NCBI GenBank assembly: GCA_020352555.1
Contig: CP070680.1
Location: forward strand, 1,991,569 to 2,045,295
Direction of reading: 5' to 3'
DNA from: a candidate division WOR-3 bacterium
Lineage (GTDB): Bacteria; Hydrothermota; Tepidihabitantia; Tepidihabitantales; Tepidihabitantaceae
Length of the DNA: 53,727 nt
A model generated the notes under the pieces. The model was not told the DNA's origin, did not search any database, and was given only the letters and a program-made list of their open reading frames with translations. The position numbers and the translations under genes are program-made. Position 1 is the first letter of the stretch. The number at the start of each line of letters is the position of its first letter. This document shows positions 25,413-34,874 of the stretch, in pieces.

Positions 25413-27950
25413 ATGAAGAAGAAACCCACCGTCCGCAAGTCACAGACCACGAAGACGAAGTCAGGCCTCGACCGCCAGCTCCTGGTGTCACCGGCCAGCC
25501 TGCGCTGGGACTGTCCGATGAAGTGTCTCAAGTTCAAGACTACTGACGACATCCGGGTCAGAGACAAGGATGCGGACGACCTGTCGTGCAACATCGTTGG
25601 CCAGCGTCGCGCAGTCGAAGCCCTGAGTCTAGGAATCGAAATCGGCACAACCGGCTACAACATATTCGTCACCGGGCCTGTCGGCACAGGCCGGACCACC
25701 ACCGTCAAGCAGTTGCTTGAGCAAGCCCGAACCCGCAAGCGGGTGCTTGACGACAAGTGCTACGTCAACAACTTCAAGGACCCGGACCAACCCAGGCTCA
25801 TACGGCTCCCGCCCGGCCATGGACGTAGATTCTTGAAGCAGATGAGCGACTTCGTCGAGTATATCATCACCAACATACCGCTGCAGTTCGAATCCGACTC
25901 GTACCAGCACTCCCGTTCAGAAATAGTCGATCTGTTCAAGGAACGTGGCAGCGCCAAGGTCCGGGACTTTGAGAAGAAAGTCGCTGCCGAAGGATTCGCA
26001 CTGGTTCAGACCGCGCCGTTCGTGAAGCCCGAACTCGCCCCGATCATCGAGAAGCAGCCGGCCAAGATCGAATCCCTCGCTGTCCTGGTCGAAGAAGGTA
26101 AGATCTCGCCCGAACGGGCGGAGGAAGTCAAGCTCAAGTACCGCGAATTGTCTGATGAGCTGACCGCTATCTTCAAGGAGATCCGCGACTACGAACGCCG
26201 GGCAAGGGAAGCACTGCAGGAACTGGACCACAGAATAGCCAAGCCAGTGGTCGAAGAGCGGCTCGGCGACATCTCCAAAGACTATCCCCAGCCCAAGGTC
26301 CGTGAGTACCTCGAGGAGGTATTCAACTCGGTGCTGAGCCGACTCGACGCGTTCCGCCAGAAACCCCAGGACCGGACCGAGGCGAAACCGGAAGCAGATC
26401 CCTACCTCGAATACCGCGTGAATGTCCTTGTCGATAATACGACGACCGAAGGTGCGCCGGTCGTTTTCGAAACCAACCCGAACTACAAGAACCTCTTCGG
26501 CGCCATCGAGCGGGTGATGGACCGCTCCGGACAGTGGCGGACCGACTTCACTAAGATCAAGGCGGGCTCGGTACTGCGAGCCGACGGAGGATTCCTGGTC
26601 CTGAACGCGCTCGACGTCGTGCTCGAGCCCGGTGTTTGGCCCGCCCTCAAGCGTACGCTCCGCAACCGAAGCCATGAGATAAGCGCTGTAGATCCCTACC
26701 TGTCTCTGTTTGCGGCTTCGGCCCTCAAACCTGAGAAGGTCGCAATCGACCTCAAAGTCATCATGATCGGCGACCCGTACGTATATCAGATACTGGCCGC
26801 CTACGACGAGGACTTCAGGAAGATCTTCAAGGTCCGTGCCGACTTCGACTGGGTGATGGCGTGCAGTGACGATTCCATCCGCCAGTACGGCCGCGTGGTC
26901 AAGGTGCTGTGCGACAAGGAGAAGTTGCTGCCTTTTGACCGGCGCGGCGTGCGTCGCATCGTCGAACACGGCATGCGCATCGCCGGCCGCCGCGGCAAGC
27001 TCTCGACCCGGTTCAATATCATCGGCGACGTGCTCAAAGAAGCCAGCTACTGGGCACACAAGCAAGGTTGGAAGACCGTGAGTGAGGAGCACGTCGAGCA
27101 GGCCATCGCCAAGCGCCGGGATCGGGTCCGGCTCCTCGAGGAGAAGCTCCAGGAGAACATCGATCAGGGCACCATCTACATCGACGTCAAGGGCCGGAAG
27201 ACCGGCCAAGTCAACGGCCTCGCAGTCTATGACTTGGGCGAGCACTCCTTCGGCAAGCCCTCGCGGATTACGGCCAAAACCGGCGTTGGATCGGCCGGCA
27301 TCATCAACATCGAACGCGAAGCCCAGCTTTCCGGACCCACTCACGACAAGGGCATCTACATACTGTCCGGGTACCTGCGTCACAAGTTCGCCCAGGACCA
27401 GCCGTTGGTCATGTCTGCTTCGATAACCTTCGAGCAGTCATACGGCGGTATCGACGGCGACAGCGCCTCCTCAACCGAAGTCTACGCCTTACTGTCCGAC
27501 CTGTCCGGTATCCCGCTCCGCCAAGACATCGCGGTCACCGGTTCGGTCAACCAGAACGGTGAGGTCCAGCCGATCGGTGGTGTGAATCACAAGATCGAAG
27601 GCTTCTTCGCCACCTGCAAAGCCAAAGGCCTGACAGGATCCCAGGGCGTGATGATACCGTACACCAACCTCGGCGACTTGATGCTGGATTCGGACGTAGT
27701 AGAGGCGGTCAAGAAGGACCGGTTCCACATCTGGGCGGTGAAGACTATCGACCAAGGCATCGAAATCCTTACCGGGGTCCCAGCCGGTGCGCCCAACCGC
27801 AAGGGTGAGTACCCTACCGACTCGGTCAACGGCAGAGTGAAAGCTCGATTGGTTGAACTGGTTGATCTCTACAAGAACTTCGCCGGGGACCGCGATATCG
27901 ACGCCAAGAAGAAGGACCAGAAGAGAAAACCGGGCCTCAAGAAGAAATAG
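25413..27950 (+). CDS. Lon-like protease of LonC type (degenerate AAA+ module, coiled-coil insertion, Ser-Lys protease domain)
   Basis: GGAGGA SD then ATG 25413. The Walker A position reads GPVGTGRTT (Arg where Lys is expected). Long charged helical insertion. Protease motifs GGIDGDSASS and GGVNHKIEGF. The ORF-track start 25254 lies inside pmbA. Confidence 0.9.
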   Translation: MKKKPTVRKSQTTKTKSGLDRQLLVSPASLRWDCPMKCLKFKTTDDIRVRDKDADDLSCNIVGQRRAVEALSLGIEIGTTGYNIFVTGPVGTGRTTTVKQLLEQARTRKRVLDDKCYVNNFKDPDQPRLIRLPPGHGRRFLKQMSDFVEYIITNIPLQFESDSYQHSRSEIVDLFKERGSAKVRDFEKKVAAEGFALVQTAPFVKPELAPIIEKQPAKIESLAVLVEEGKISPERAEEVKLKYRELSDELTAIFKEIRDYERRAREALQELDHRIAKPVVEERLGDISKDYPQPKVREYLEEVFNSVLSRLDAFRQKPQDRTEAKPEADPYLEYRVNVLVDNTTTEGAPVVFETNPNYKNLFGAIERVMDRSGQWRTDFTKIKAGSVLRADGGFLVLNALDVVLEPGVWPALKRTLRNRSHEISAVDPYLSLFAASALKPEKVAIDLKVIMIGDPYVYQILAAYDEDFRKIFKVRADFDWVMACSDDSIRQYGRVVKVLCDKEKLLPFDRRGVRRIVEHGMRIAGRRGKLSTRFNIIGDVLKEASYWAHKQGWKTVSEEHVEQAIAKRRDRVRLLEEKLQENIDQGTIYIDVKGRKTGQVNGLAVYDLGEHSFGKPSRITAKTGVGSAGIINIEREAQLSGPTHDKGIYILSGYLRHKFAQDQPLVMSASITFEQSYGGIDGDSASSTEVYALLSDLSGIPLRQDIAVTGSVNQNGEVQPIGGVNHKIEGFFATCKAKGLTGSQGVMIPYTNLGDLMLDSDVVEAVKKDRFHIWAVKTIDQGIEILTGVPAGAPNRKGEYPTDSVNGRVKARLVELVDLYKNFAGDRDIDAKKKDQKRKPGLKKK

Positions 27951-27996
27951 CCCGGTGAAAGCACTCCCGACGGCCTCCTGAACAGGACGTCGTGTT

Positions 27997-28632
27997 CTAG
28001 CTGCCTGTTTCCAGCCGGGCCTGCCTGATCCAACCGGTGAATGACTCCGGCTTCACCACTCCGCCCGATACGACGAGCTTCAACCCGGAGTCCGGCGCCA
28101 TGTCGGTCTCTGTAACGTCGTCCTCGGGCACCAGCGCGAGCCACCCCGAAGTCGGGTTCGGCGTGGTCGGGAAGTAGACGAAGACCGCCTTGCGCCCGTC
28201 GTTCAGCAGCACCGGGTCGTCAGTGGTCAGGAAGCCGACCGCCAGAACCCCACGCCGCGGATACTCGGCAATCACGGTCTTGCTGAAAGAGCTCTTCTTC
28301 ACGAATACCGCATCAGCGAGCTGGCTGGCCGAGGAGTAGACACCTTTGACAAAAGGCAGCCGTCGGAACAGGCGGTCAAGCCAGCCCAGGAACCAGCGGC
28401 CGATTATGCCTGAGGAAAGCGCCCCGACCGCGAGCACTACTATCAACACCAACACGAACCCGGCAAGTGTGCTCAACCATCGCGGCATCTGCCTGAGCCA
28501 AACGTGCTGCTCGAGCAACGGCTCGAATATCCCTCCGAGTCGCGATATCAGGAACCAGAAGATAAATACGGTGAGCCCGATCGGCAGGATCGTGGCGACC
28601 CCGGTCAGGAAGTACTTCCTCAGCGCGCCCAT
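27997..28632 (-). CDS. DUF502-family membrane protein
   Basis: MGALRKYFLTGVATILPIGLTVFIFWF..., two TM helices, PTTPNPTSG motif. Confidence 0.85.
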   Translation of the reverse strand: MGALRKYFLTGVATILPIGLTVFIFWFLISRLGGIFEPLLEQHVWLRQMPRWLSTLAGFVLVLIVVLAVGALSSGIIGRWFLGWLDRLFRRLPFVKGVYSSASQLADAVFVKKSSFSKTVIAEYPRRGVLAVGFLTTDDPVLLNDGRKAVFVYFPTTPNPTSGWLALVPEDDVTETDMAPDSGLKLVVSGGVVKPESFTGWIRQARLETGS

Positions 28633-28637
28633 GTATC

Positions 28638-28667
28638 AGTCTAGCTCTTGTTCTTGGCCGGTGTCAA
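28638..28667 (-). promoter_or_regulatory. promoter TTGACA-N18-TAGACT ending 5 nt before ATG 28632 (leaderless type)
   Basis: Plus-strand tgtcaa at 28662..28667 (overlapping the upstream gene's stop) and agtcta at 28638..28643. Confidence 0.5.
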
Positions 28668-29212
28668 GCTTTTGGACTGCGTCGGGTCAGCAGGCCACGG
28701 CATCTTTGCATGAACGCCAGGCACTCTTCAGTCCGGTAGTCGGAGTAGGTCCATTCTTGCGGCACGAACCTGCCCGACAGATAGATCAACGTCACCTCCG
28801 CGTGAATGCCGTGGCCGAGGTACACACGATGGGCAAACTCCTTGGTGCTGGCAAGCACCAAGTTGTGCAGCGACAGCAGCCCGGGGTCGATATTCACTCT
28901 CCGCCTACCGCCCCGGCATGGACCCGGCCCGGCTGTCGCCAGAGTCCGTTCCATGCTGTTGCAGGCCAGTTTGACCTCGGCTAGCCGGCCGGGCTCCACC
29001 GTCCTCTGGAACCCGAGCCAGCGCCGAACCACGTCCCTGCCCATTTCCTGCTCGTAGTAGTCGGAGAAATCAAACCTGATGATGTCGCTCCGTACGCCAA
29101 CCTCGCCGAAATCGGACACCAGCAGCTGTTCGGCCTCGAACACTAGCTCCCGCGACCCTGCCAGCAGCCCGACGACCAACAGCGCCGGTTGTGGCAGGGT
29201 GGGCTCACCCAT
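28664..29212 (-). CDS. DUF4416-family protein
   Basis: ATG 29212 gives MGEPTLPQPALLVVG...FDFSDYYEQEMG...NIDPGLL.... The ORF-track extension to 29488 overlaps scpB. Confidence 0.7.
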   Translation of the reverse strand: MGEPTLPQPALLVVGLLAGSRELVFEAEQLLVSDFGEVGVRSDIIRFDFSDYYEQEMGRDVVRRWLGFQRTVEPGRLAEVKLACNSMERTLATAGPGPCRGGRRRVNIDPGLLSLHNLVLASTKEFAHRVYLGHGIHAEVTLIYLSGRFVPQEWTYSDYRTEECLAFMQRCRGLLTRRSPKA

Positions 29213-29216
29213 TGGC

Positions 29217-30005
29217 CTACGGTTCTCTATTCTGTGAACTCTGAACGCCTGGACCTGACCCAGCTTCTGGCTTTTCGATTCGAGTTGCCGGCTCGATTGC
29301 CAGGGACTCAGCCTCCCGCTTCTCAGCTTCAGGCCGCCTGCCTTCGAGAACGTCAGCGAGAAACGCACCGAGTTCCTCAAGCGGCGGCAGGTCTTCGAGG
29401 GTCTCCAGTCCAAAGTAGCGCAGGAACTCGCGGGTTGTCCGGTACAGCAACGGGCTTCCGGGCCGCTTGGCCCGACCCGCTGCTGCAATCAACCTACGCT
29501 CGAGCAGGGTCAGCAGCGGCCCGGAGCAGTCAACTCCCCTCAGCTTCTCGATCTCAGGCCTGGTCACCGGCTGCTTGTACCCGATGATCGCCAGCACCTC
29601 GAGCGACGCGTTTGACAGCCGCTGGACGAACTGTCGCTTGTACATCTTCCGCACCCATTCCGAGTACTCGGGCAGTGTGTACATCTGGAATCCCTGCGCC
29701 ACGCGGTGGATCCGGAATGTCCGGTTGTTCTCTTCGTACAGGCGGTTCAAGACTTCGACCGCCTTGCGCACAGTGTGGGTATCGACCTCTGCTATTTCTG
29801 CCAGTCGGGCAAAGGTCAGCGGTGCGTCGGACGAGAACAGCAGGGTCTCTACTATGTTCAGAGTCCGGCTGTCCGGCTCAAGCTTCTCGAGCGGCGGGTC
29901 GGGCTGCTCCTGGGGCCGGACGTGATGGCTCTCGGCCACCGTCCGTTGCTGCGGACCGCCCTCGGCCTGTGGTATGCCCTCGCCCGGCCGGTGTTCCTCA
30001 GTCAT
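29217..30005 (-). CDS. scpB: segregation and condensation protein B
   Basis: ...[14 protein letters not shown]...[25 protein letters not shown]...LLYRTT.EFL..FGL... winged-helix pair. ATGA overlap with the lysC stop. Confidence 0.85.
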   Translation of the reverse strand: MTEEHRPGEGIPQAEGGPQQRTVAESHHVRPQEQPDPPLEKLEPDSRTLNIVETLLFSSDAPLTFARLAEIAEVDTHTVRKAVEVLNRLYEENNRTFRIHRVAQGFQMYTLPEYSEWVRKMYKRQFVQRLSNASLEVLAIIGYKQPVTRPEIEKLRGVDCSGPLLTLLERRLIAAAGRAKRPGSPLLYRTTREFLRYFGLETLEDLPPLEELGAFLADVLEGRRPEAEKREAESLAIEPATRIEKPEAGSGPGVQSSQNREP

Positions 30006-31213
30006 CTTCTCAGCCTGAATCTCCCCAGCAGGGCGGCCACCGCTGTCCTCAGGTCCTTTCGGTCGAGGAACGCGGTCAGTCTCGTCTCCGAGGTCGAGAA
30101 TGCGCTCAGGTGTGCACCGATGCGGTGCAGCGCTTCCAGCGTCCCGGTCAATATCTCGGCGTCACTGCCGACTCCGGGTCCGACCACTGACACCGAGCAC
30201 AGCTTGTCATCCACCTCGACACCTTCAGCGCCGACCGTCTTCGCGATCCTTTTCAGGATTCCGGCACCCTGCTGCGCGAATTCCCCGGGCAGGACATAGG
30301 AAAGGTCAAACCGGCCGTCGTGCGCAAGCCCGTGGCTGAACAGCAGCAAGGGTACCCGGGCTTCCGCCAGCCTTGTGACGACCTGGTGAACGCACCGGTC
30401 TTTACGCGGCACGCACAGCAGTGTGACCCGGACCAGCTCATGGTCGTGAGTTATTGCGCGGACAAAGGCCTTCTCAAGTCTTCCCGTCTTTTTCACCGCA
30501 GTGCCTCGCTTTCTGCTGAATGACGACCTGATGACCAGCGGCACACTGTACTTCTCCGCCAGCGCGCAGGCTCGCGGGTGTATTACCTCTGAACCGGAAC
30601 CAGCCAGCTCGGACAGTTCCCGGAAGCCTATCTCCAGCACCGGCTTCAGGTCCTTGAACTCGTTCGGGTTCTCGGTGAACACCCCTTCGACGTCCTTGTT
30701 CAGCTCGCAGCGGGCAGCCCCCAGCACCGCGGCCAAAGCCACCGCTGTCACGTCGCTCCCGCCACGGCCGAGCGTAGTGACCTCCCGGTCAAGGCTCACG
30801 CCCTGAAAGCCGGCTACGATCGGTATCCTGCCTCTGCGTAGTGCCTCGCGCAGGCGGTCGCCTCTAACCTCCTGTATTCTGGCATCAGAATGGTACTGGT
30901 CGGTGATGATGCCGACCTGGGAGCCGGTCAAAGACACCGCCTCAAAGCCCAGCTCCATGATCGCCAGCGACAGCAGCGCCATGGTCTGCCGCTCACCCGC
31001 GGTCAGCAGCATGTCGAGTTCGCGGCGTTGGGGGTTCTTGGCAATCCTGTGAGCCATCGCGGTCAGCTCATCGGTCGTCGAGCCCATCGCTGAAACCACC
31101 ACGACTACCTTGTCTCCGGACCTCCGGGTCGCCGCCACTCTCCGCGCAACTTGCTTGACCCGCGTAAGATCACTGACAGAGCTGCCACCGTACTTCTGGA
31201 CTACCAGCGCCAT
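30002..31213 (-). CDS. lysC: aspartate kinase
   Basis: [13 protein letters not shown]...[14 protein letters not shown]..., with C-terminal ACT-like repeats. Confidence 0.95.
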   Translation of the reverse strand: MALVVQKYGGSSVSDLTRVKQVARRVAATRRSGDKVVVVVSAMGSTTDELTAMAHRIAKNPQRRELDMLLTAGERQTMALLSLAIMELGFEAVSLTGSQVGIITDQYHSDARIQEVRGDRLREALRRGRIPIVAGFQGVSLDREVTTLGRGGSDVTAVALAAVLGAARCELNKDVEGVFTENPNEFKDLKPVLEIGFRELSELAGSGSEVIHPRACALAEKYSVPLVIRSSFSRKRGTAVKKTGRLEKAFVRAITHDHELVRVTLLCVPRKDRCVHQVVTRLAEARVPLLLFSHGLAHDGRFDLSYVLPGEFAQQGAGILKRIAKTVGAEGVEVDDKLCSVSVVGPGVGSDAEILTGTLEALHRIGAHLSAFSTSETRLTAFLDRKDLRTAVAALLGRFRLRR

Positions 31214-31222
31214 CTCAGCCGG

Positions 31223-32392
31223 TCACTTCCTCTTTCCCATCCACTTCCCGATCCTGCGCGCCGCCCTTCTGAGCCGCTGCTCGCTCTGCACCAACGCGAA
31301 CCGCACAAAGCCTCTGCCGAACCGGCCGAAGCCGCTACCCGGCGCGGCTACGACCCGGCAGTTCTTGAGCATGCCGAGCACGAACCCGTAGTCGTCCTTG
31401 CGCGGGGTCTTTGTCCACACGTAGAACGTCGCCTCAGGGACATTCACATCCCAGCCCAGCATCGCCAGCTCCTCGCAGAAAGCATCTCTCCGCTTGCGGT
31501 ACATGCTCCGTGTCTTCGCTGTCAGCGCTTCCGAGTGACGGAGCGCGAACGCACCAGCATCCTGGATTGCGCCGAACGGCCCAGAATCAGTGTTCTGTTT
31601 GATCCGAAGCATAGCCCTGATTAGCTCCCTGCTCCCAACCGCCATCCCAATCCGCCAGCCGGCCATGTTGAAGGTCTTGGAGAGTGAATGAAATTCTATG
31701 CAGTGGTCCTTTGCGTCCGACACCTGGAGGATGCTGGGTGGTCGCTTCCGGCCGAAGTACAGCTCGGAGTACACGCAGTCATTCAATACGTAGAACCCGT
31801 GCCGCCTTGCCAGGGCCACGACCTCACGGAAGAAACCGATGTCCGCGACCGCCGCGGTCGGATTGTTCGGAAAGTTCAGGCACAGCAGTCTGAGTTCAGG
31901 CCCGACCTTCACAAGGAAAGACAGGTCAGGCAGGAAACCGTTCTCGGCCCTGAGGGGCACTGTGACAGGTCTGGCCCCGGCCAGCCTCGTCTGATTCGGG
32001 TAGATCGGGTAGTTCGGGTCAGGCACCCCGACCCTGTCTCCTGGCCCGCAAGTTCCCCATATCAGGTGCCCGACACCCTCCTTGGACCCGAGCAGCATGC
32101 ATACCTCGCCATTCGGGTCCAGCTTCACCCCGAACCGTCTTCTGTACCAGTCAGCAACCGTCTGCCTTGCAGACAACTTTCCGGCATAGGTTGGGTATCC
32201 GTGATTCCGGGTGCTTTTCAGCGCCCGCACGAGTGCCCTCTGTATCGAAACCGGAGTCGGCTGGTCCGGACTGCCCTCGCCAAGGTCGATCAGGTCACCC
32301 TTGGTTCTCGCCTTGATGTCATCCAATTCCTGAAACAGGTAGGGCGGTATCAGACCCAGACGTTCCGCGGCTGCAGGCTCCAGCCTCTTCAC
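31223..32392 (-). CDS. class I/II aminotransferase, LL-diaminopimelate aminotransferase-like
   Basis: PPYLFQELD, HGYPTYAG, SLSKTFNMAGWRIG (PLP-Lys). GTG 32392 sits 7 nt after a promoter. The ORF-track TTG 32452 would add 20 non-conserved residues. Confidence 0.85.
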   Translation of the reverse strand: MKRLEPAAAERLGLIPPYLFQELDDIKARTKGDLIDLGEGSPDQPTPVSIQRALVRALKSTRNHGYPTYAGKLSARQTVADWYRRRFGVKLDPNGEVCMLLGSKEGVGHLIWGTCGPGDRVGVPDPNYPIYPNQTRLAGARPVTVPLRAENGFLPDLSFLVKVGPELRLLCLNFPNNPTAAVADIGFFREVVALARRHGFYVLNDCVYSELYFGRKRPPSILQVSDAKDHCIEFHSLSKTFNMAGWRIGMAVGSRELIRAMLRIKQNTDSGPFGAIQDAGAFALRHSEALTAKTRSMYRKRRDAFCEELAMLGWDVNVPEATFYVWTKTPRKDDYGFVLGMLKNCRVVAAPGSGFGRFGRGFVRFALVQSEQRLRRAARRIGKWMGKRK

Positions 32393-32399
32393 GGCTGTA

Positions 32400-32428
32400 A
32401 TTGTGGCCCAACCTCCAGCCCAAGTCAA
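32400..32428 (-). promoter_or_regulatory. promoter TTGACT-N17-CACAAT ending 7 nt before GTG 32392 (leaderless type)
   Basis: Plus-strand agtcaa at 32423..32428 and attgtg at 32400..32405. Confidence 0.5.
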
Positions 32429-32515
32429 GCCTGCCCAATGACATGGTGGCAATTCCGGAAACGTCCGACATAATAGGACTTACATACCAGGGTCCAGTCC
32501 TGTGTCAGCTGTCGA

Positions 32516-32544
32516 TTGACATCGGACCTGCACCGGCCACAATT
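32516..32544 (+). promoter_or_regulatory. promoter TTGACA-N17-ACAATT ending 5 nt before GTG 32550 (leaderless type)
   Basis: Read directly. Back-to-back with the 32400..32428 promoter. Confidence 0.55.
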
Positions 32545-32549
32545 GACCG

Positions 32550-33278
32550 GTGAAAGTCATTGCTTTCAACTCCAGTCCGCACCTGGAAAGGAGCGCGACA
32601 AACCGGGTGCTTGTTCCGTTCCTTGACGGCATGGAAACAGCAGGCGCCGAGGTTGAGCTCAGCTACCTCCACAGGCTCGAGATCAGACCCTGCCTCGGCT
32701 GCCTCGCCTGCTGGCTCAAGACACCGGGCCGGTGTGCTCAGCAGGACGACATGGCCGACATCCTGCCTGGGGTCGCCGAGTCCGACATAGCGGTCTACGC
32801 CACACCCCTCTTTGTCGACGGCATGAACGCGACCATGAAGAACCTGCTCGATCGCTCCATCCCCCTGCTCCAGCCCTGGTTTGTCCTTGAGGACAGCCAT
32901 TGCCGCCATGACCGCATCGAAGGATACAAGAACGGCAAGGTCGCGCTGGTTTCTGTGTGCGGTTTCACCGAAACCGACAACTTCAACCCGCTCGTCGCCC
33001 ACATGGTAGCCGCCTGCCGCAACATGCGGCGGGAATTTGCCGGCGCACTGCTCAGGCCCTATGCCAATTCCCTGCCAGAACTTGCCAAAGCCGGAATCGA
33101 TGTCGACGACGTCTATGCCGCAGCCCGCGAAGCCGGAACCCAGCTGGTCCAGACCGGCAAAATGAACAGCGATACGCTCGACCGCGTCAGTAGGCAGTTG
33201 ATTCCTCGAGACAGGTACATCAGGGCGGTCAATATCCACTTCCGCCAGGCCATTCGCCGCAACCTAGGCAAGGCTTGA
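32550..33278 (+). CDS. iron-sulfur flavoprotein (Isf)-like NADPH-dependent FMN reductase
   Basis: MKVIAFNSSP flavodoxin-fold start. Compact C-x2-C-x2-C-x7-C cluster motif (CLGCLACWLKTPGRC). Confidence 0.85.
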   Translation: MKVIAFNSSPHLERSATNRVLVPFLDGMETAGAEVELSYLHRLEIRPCLGCLACWLKTPGRCAQQDDMADILPGVAESDIAVYATPLFVDGMNATMKNLLDRSIPLLQPWFVLEDSHCRHDRIEGYKNGKVALVSVCGFTETDNFNPLVAHMVAACRNMRREFAGALLRPYANSLPELAKAGIDVDDVYAAAREAGTQLVQTGKMNSDTLDRVSRQLIPRDRYIRAVNIHFRQAIRRNLGKA

Positions 33279-34852
33279 GTTCGATCACGGCGGTCACGCC
33301 AACAATCTGCCGGCTGTTCGGCATCGAGGCGCCGGCAGTGGCACAGGGTCAGCCGCTGCCCCTGGTCGCCCGCACTGCGTATGACATTGTTGGCCGGGGA
33401 CGGGTCGACCGGATGTTGATGTTCGCGCCCGACGCGCTCGGCCTGCGGTTCCTCGAGGCCCGGCCCGGACTGCTCGGCCGGATCCGGCAGGCTGCGCCGC
33501 TGTCCTGCGAGCTGCGTGCAGTCCTGCCGGCCAAGACCCCGATCTGCTTCGCATCGATGTTTACCGGTTCGCAGCCCGAGGTCCACGGCATCCGGACCTT
33601 GGAGCGACCGGTGCTCAAAACGGACACGGTCTTCGATGCGCTGCTTCGCTCGGGGTTCAGGGTCGCCATCATCGCGGTTGAAGGGTCGAGCATCGACCGC
33701 ATCTTCCGCGAGCGTGACATCGACTACTTCAGCGAGAAGTACGACCCTGGGGTCGTCGAACGCACCCTCGAGCTTATTTCGGCAGACCGGCACGACTTCA
33801 TCCTGAGCTATGTCCAGGAGTACGACGACACCCTGCATGTGACGACCCACGACGGAGCCGAGGCAGAATCGGCCGCCGAGCGCCACGTTGCGCAGTTCGA
33901 GCGGCTGTCTGCCCAGATCGAACAGCATTGGTCACAGTATCACCGGGCCCTCGCCTTTGTCCCTGACCATGGTGCCCACACTGTCAACAGCCAGGGCACG
34001 CACGGCGACGACATTCCCGAAGACACCGAGCTGCTTCATTTCTGGCGCATCAGCCCGGGAATCCCGACCGCTGAAACCGCGCTCCGGGCCTGGAACTCTG
34101 CTGCGGAGGCATGGGACGATTTCGTCCAGTCAGGCAACGACTGGTACCGGCTCGAAGTCCACGGACCTGCCCTGCTCCGGGCGTGCGGCGATGTCCGAGG
34201 ACTGAAAGTGCTCGACCTCGGCTGCGGCCAGGGCTACTTCTCACGCCAGCTTGCCCGGGTCGGGGCAAAGGTGACCGGTGTGGACTTCTCAGAGAACCAG
34301 GTTGCCAGTGCCCGCAAGTACGAGACCGGCGACCCACTCGGAATCGAGTACCTGGTCATGGACGCGGCAAAGGTCGATAAGCACTGGCCACACCCGGTCT
34401 TCGACCTGGTGACTGCAGCCTACAGCATCGGTGACATGCCCGACGCTGAGGCGGTGTTCCGGGCAGCCTACCGGGTGCTCAAGCCCGGGTGCCGGATGGC
34501 GTTCTCTGATGCCCACCCGTGCACCGACCCGCCCTTTCGCGAATGGGAAAGGGACGAACAGGGCCGCAAGCTGTCGCTCAAGATCGACCGCTACTTCGAG
34601 ACCGGGCCCGGATACTGCTTCTGGAACATGCCGCGGCTGAAGTACCATTGGAACGCTCCGGTCTGGCGCCGGACCATCGAAGAGCTCTGCACCGCCATAG
34701 CCAACGCCGGTTTCCTTATCAGGCACATCGCCGAGCCCAGGCCCACACCCGAGCAGGTCACGAGAGGCCCGGACCTCGAAGACTGCTACCGCCTTCCTTA
34801 CACGCTGGTTTTCCAGCTTGTGAAACAGGAGGACGCTGAGTCCGGCCCGTAG
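33275..34852 (+). CDS. fusion protein: alkaline-phosphatase-superfamily (NPP/phosphodiesterase-like) domain + class I SAM methyltransferase
   Basis: N-terminal half has PAKTPICFASMFTG (Thr nucleophile context) and DHGAH...GTHG metal ligands. C-terminal half has VLDLGCGQGYF and VLKPGCRMAF. TTGA overlap with the upstream stop. Confidence 0.8.
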   Translation: MSSITAVTPTICRLFGIEAPAVAQGQPLPLVARTAYDIVGRGRVDRMLMFAPDALGLRFLEARPGLLGRIRQAAPLSCELRAVLPAKTPICFASMFTGSQPEVHGIRTLERPVLKTDTVFDALLRSGFRVAIIAVEGSSIDRIFRERDIDYFSEKYDPGVVERTLELISADRHDFILSYVQEYDDTLHVTTHDGAEAESAAERHVAQFERLSAQIEQHWSQYHRALAFVPDHGAHTVNSQGTHGDDIPEDTELLHFWRISPGIPTAETALRAWNSAAEAWDDFVQSGNDWYRLEVHGPALLRACGDVRGLKVLDLGCGQGYFSRQLARVGAKVTGVDFSENQVASARKYETGDPLGIEYLVMDAAKVDKHWPHPVFDLVTAAYSIGDMPDAEAVFRAAYRVLKPGCRMAFSDAHPCTDPPFREWERDEQGRKLSLKIDRYFETGPGYCFWNMPRLKYHWNAPVWRRTIEELCTAIANAGFLIRHIAEPRPTPEQVTRGPDLEDCYRLPYTLVFQLVKQEDAESGP

Positions 34853-34874
34853 CCGCAATCCAAAAGAGGAACAG

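Noticed and set aside
25413-27950. Lon-like protease as a BREX BrxL-type or other phage-defence component.
   Set aside because: No methyltransferase, PglZ, BrxA/B/C or other defence genes are nearby. The neighbours are tldD/pmbA and housekeeping genes, and the architecture fits LonC rather than BrxL.
32393-32549. Possible lysine (L-box) riboswitch or attenuator upstream of the dapL-like/lysC operon.
   Set aside because: The region is only about 157 nt and is occupied by two back-to-back promoters. It has no conserved L-box helices, and the minus-strand promoter ends 7 nt before the GTG, leaving no leader.
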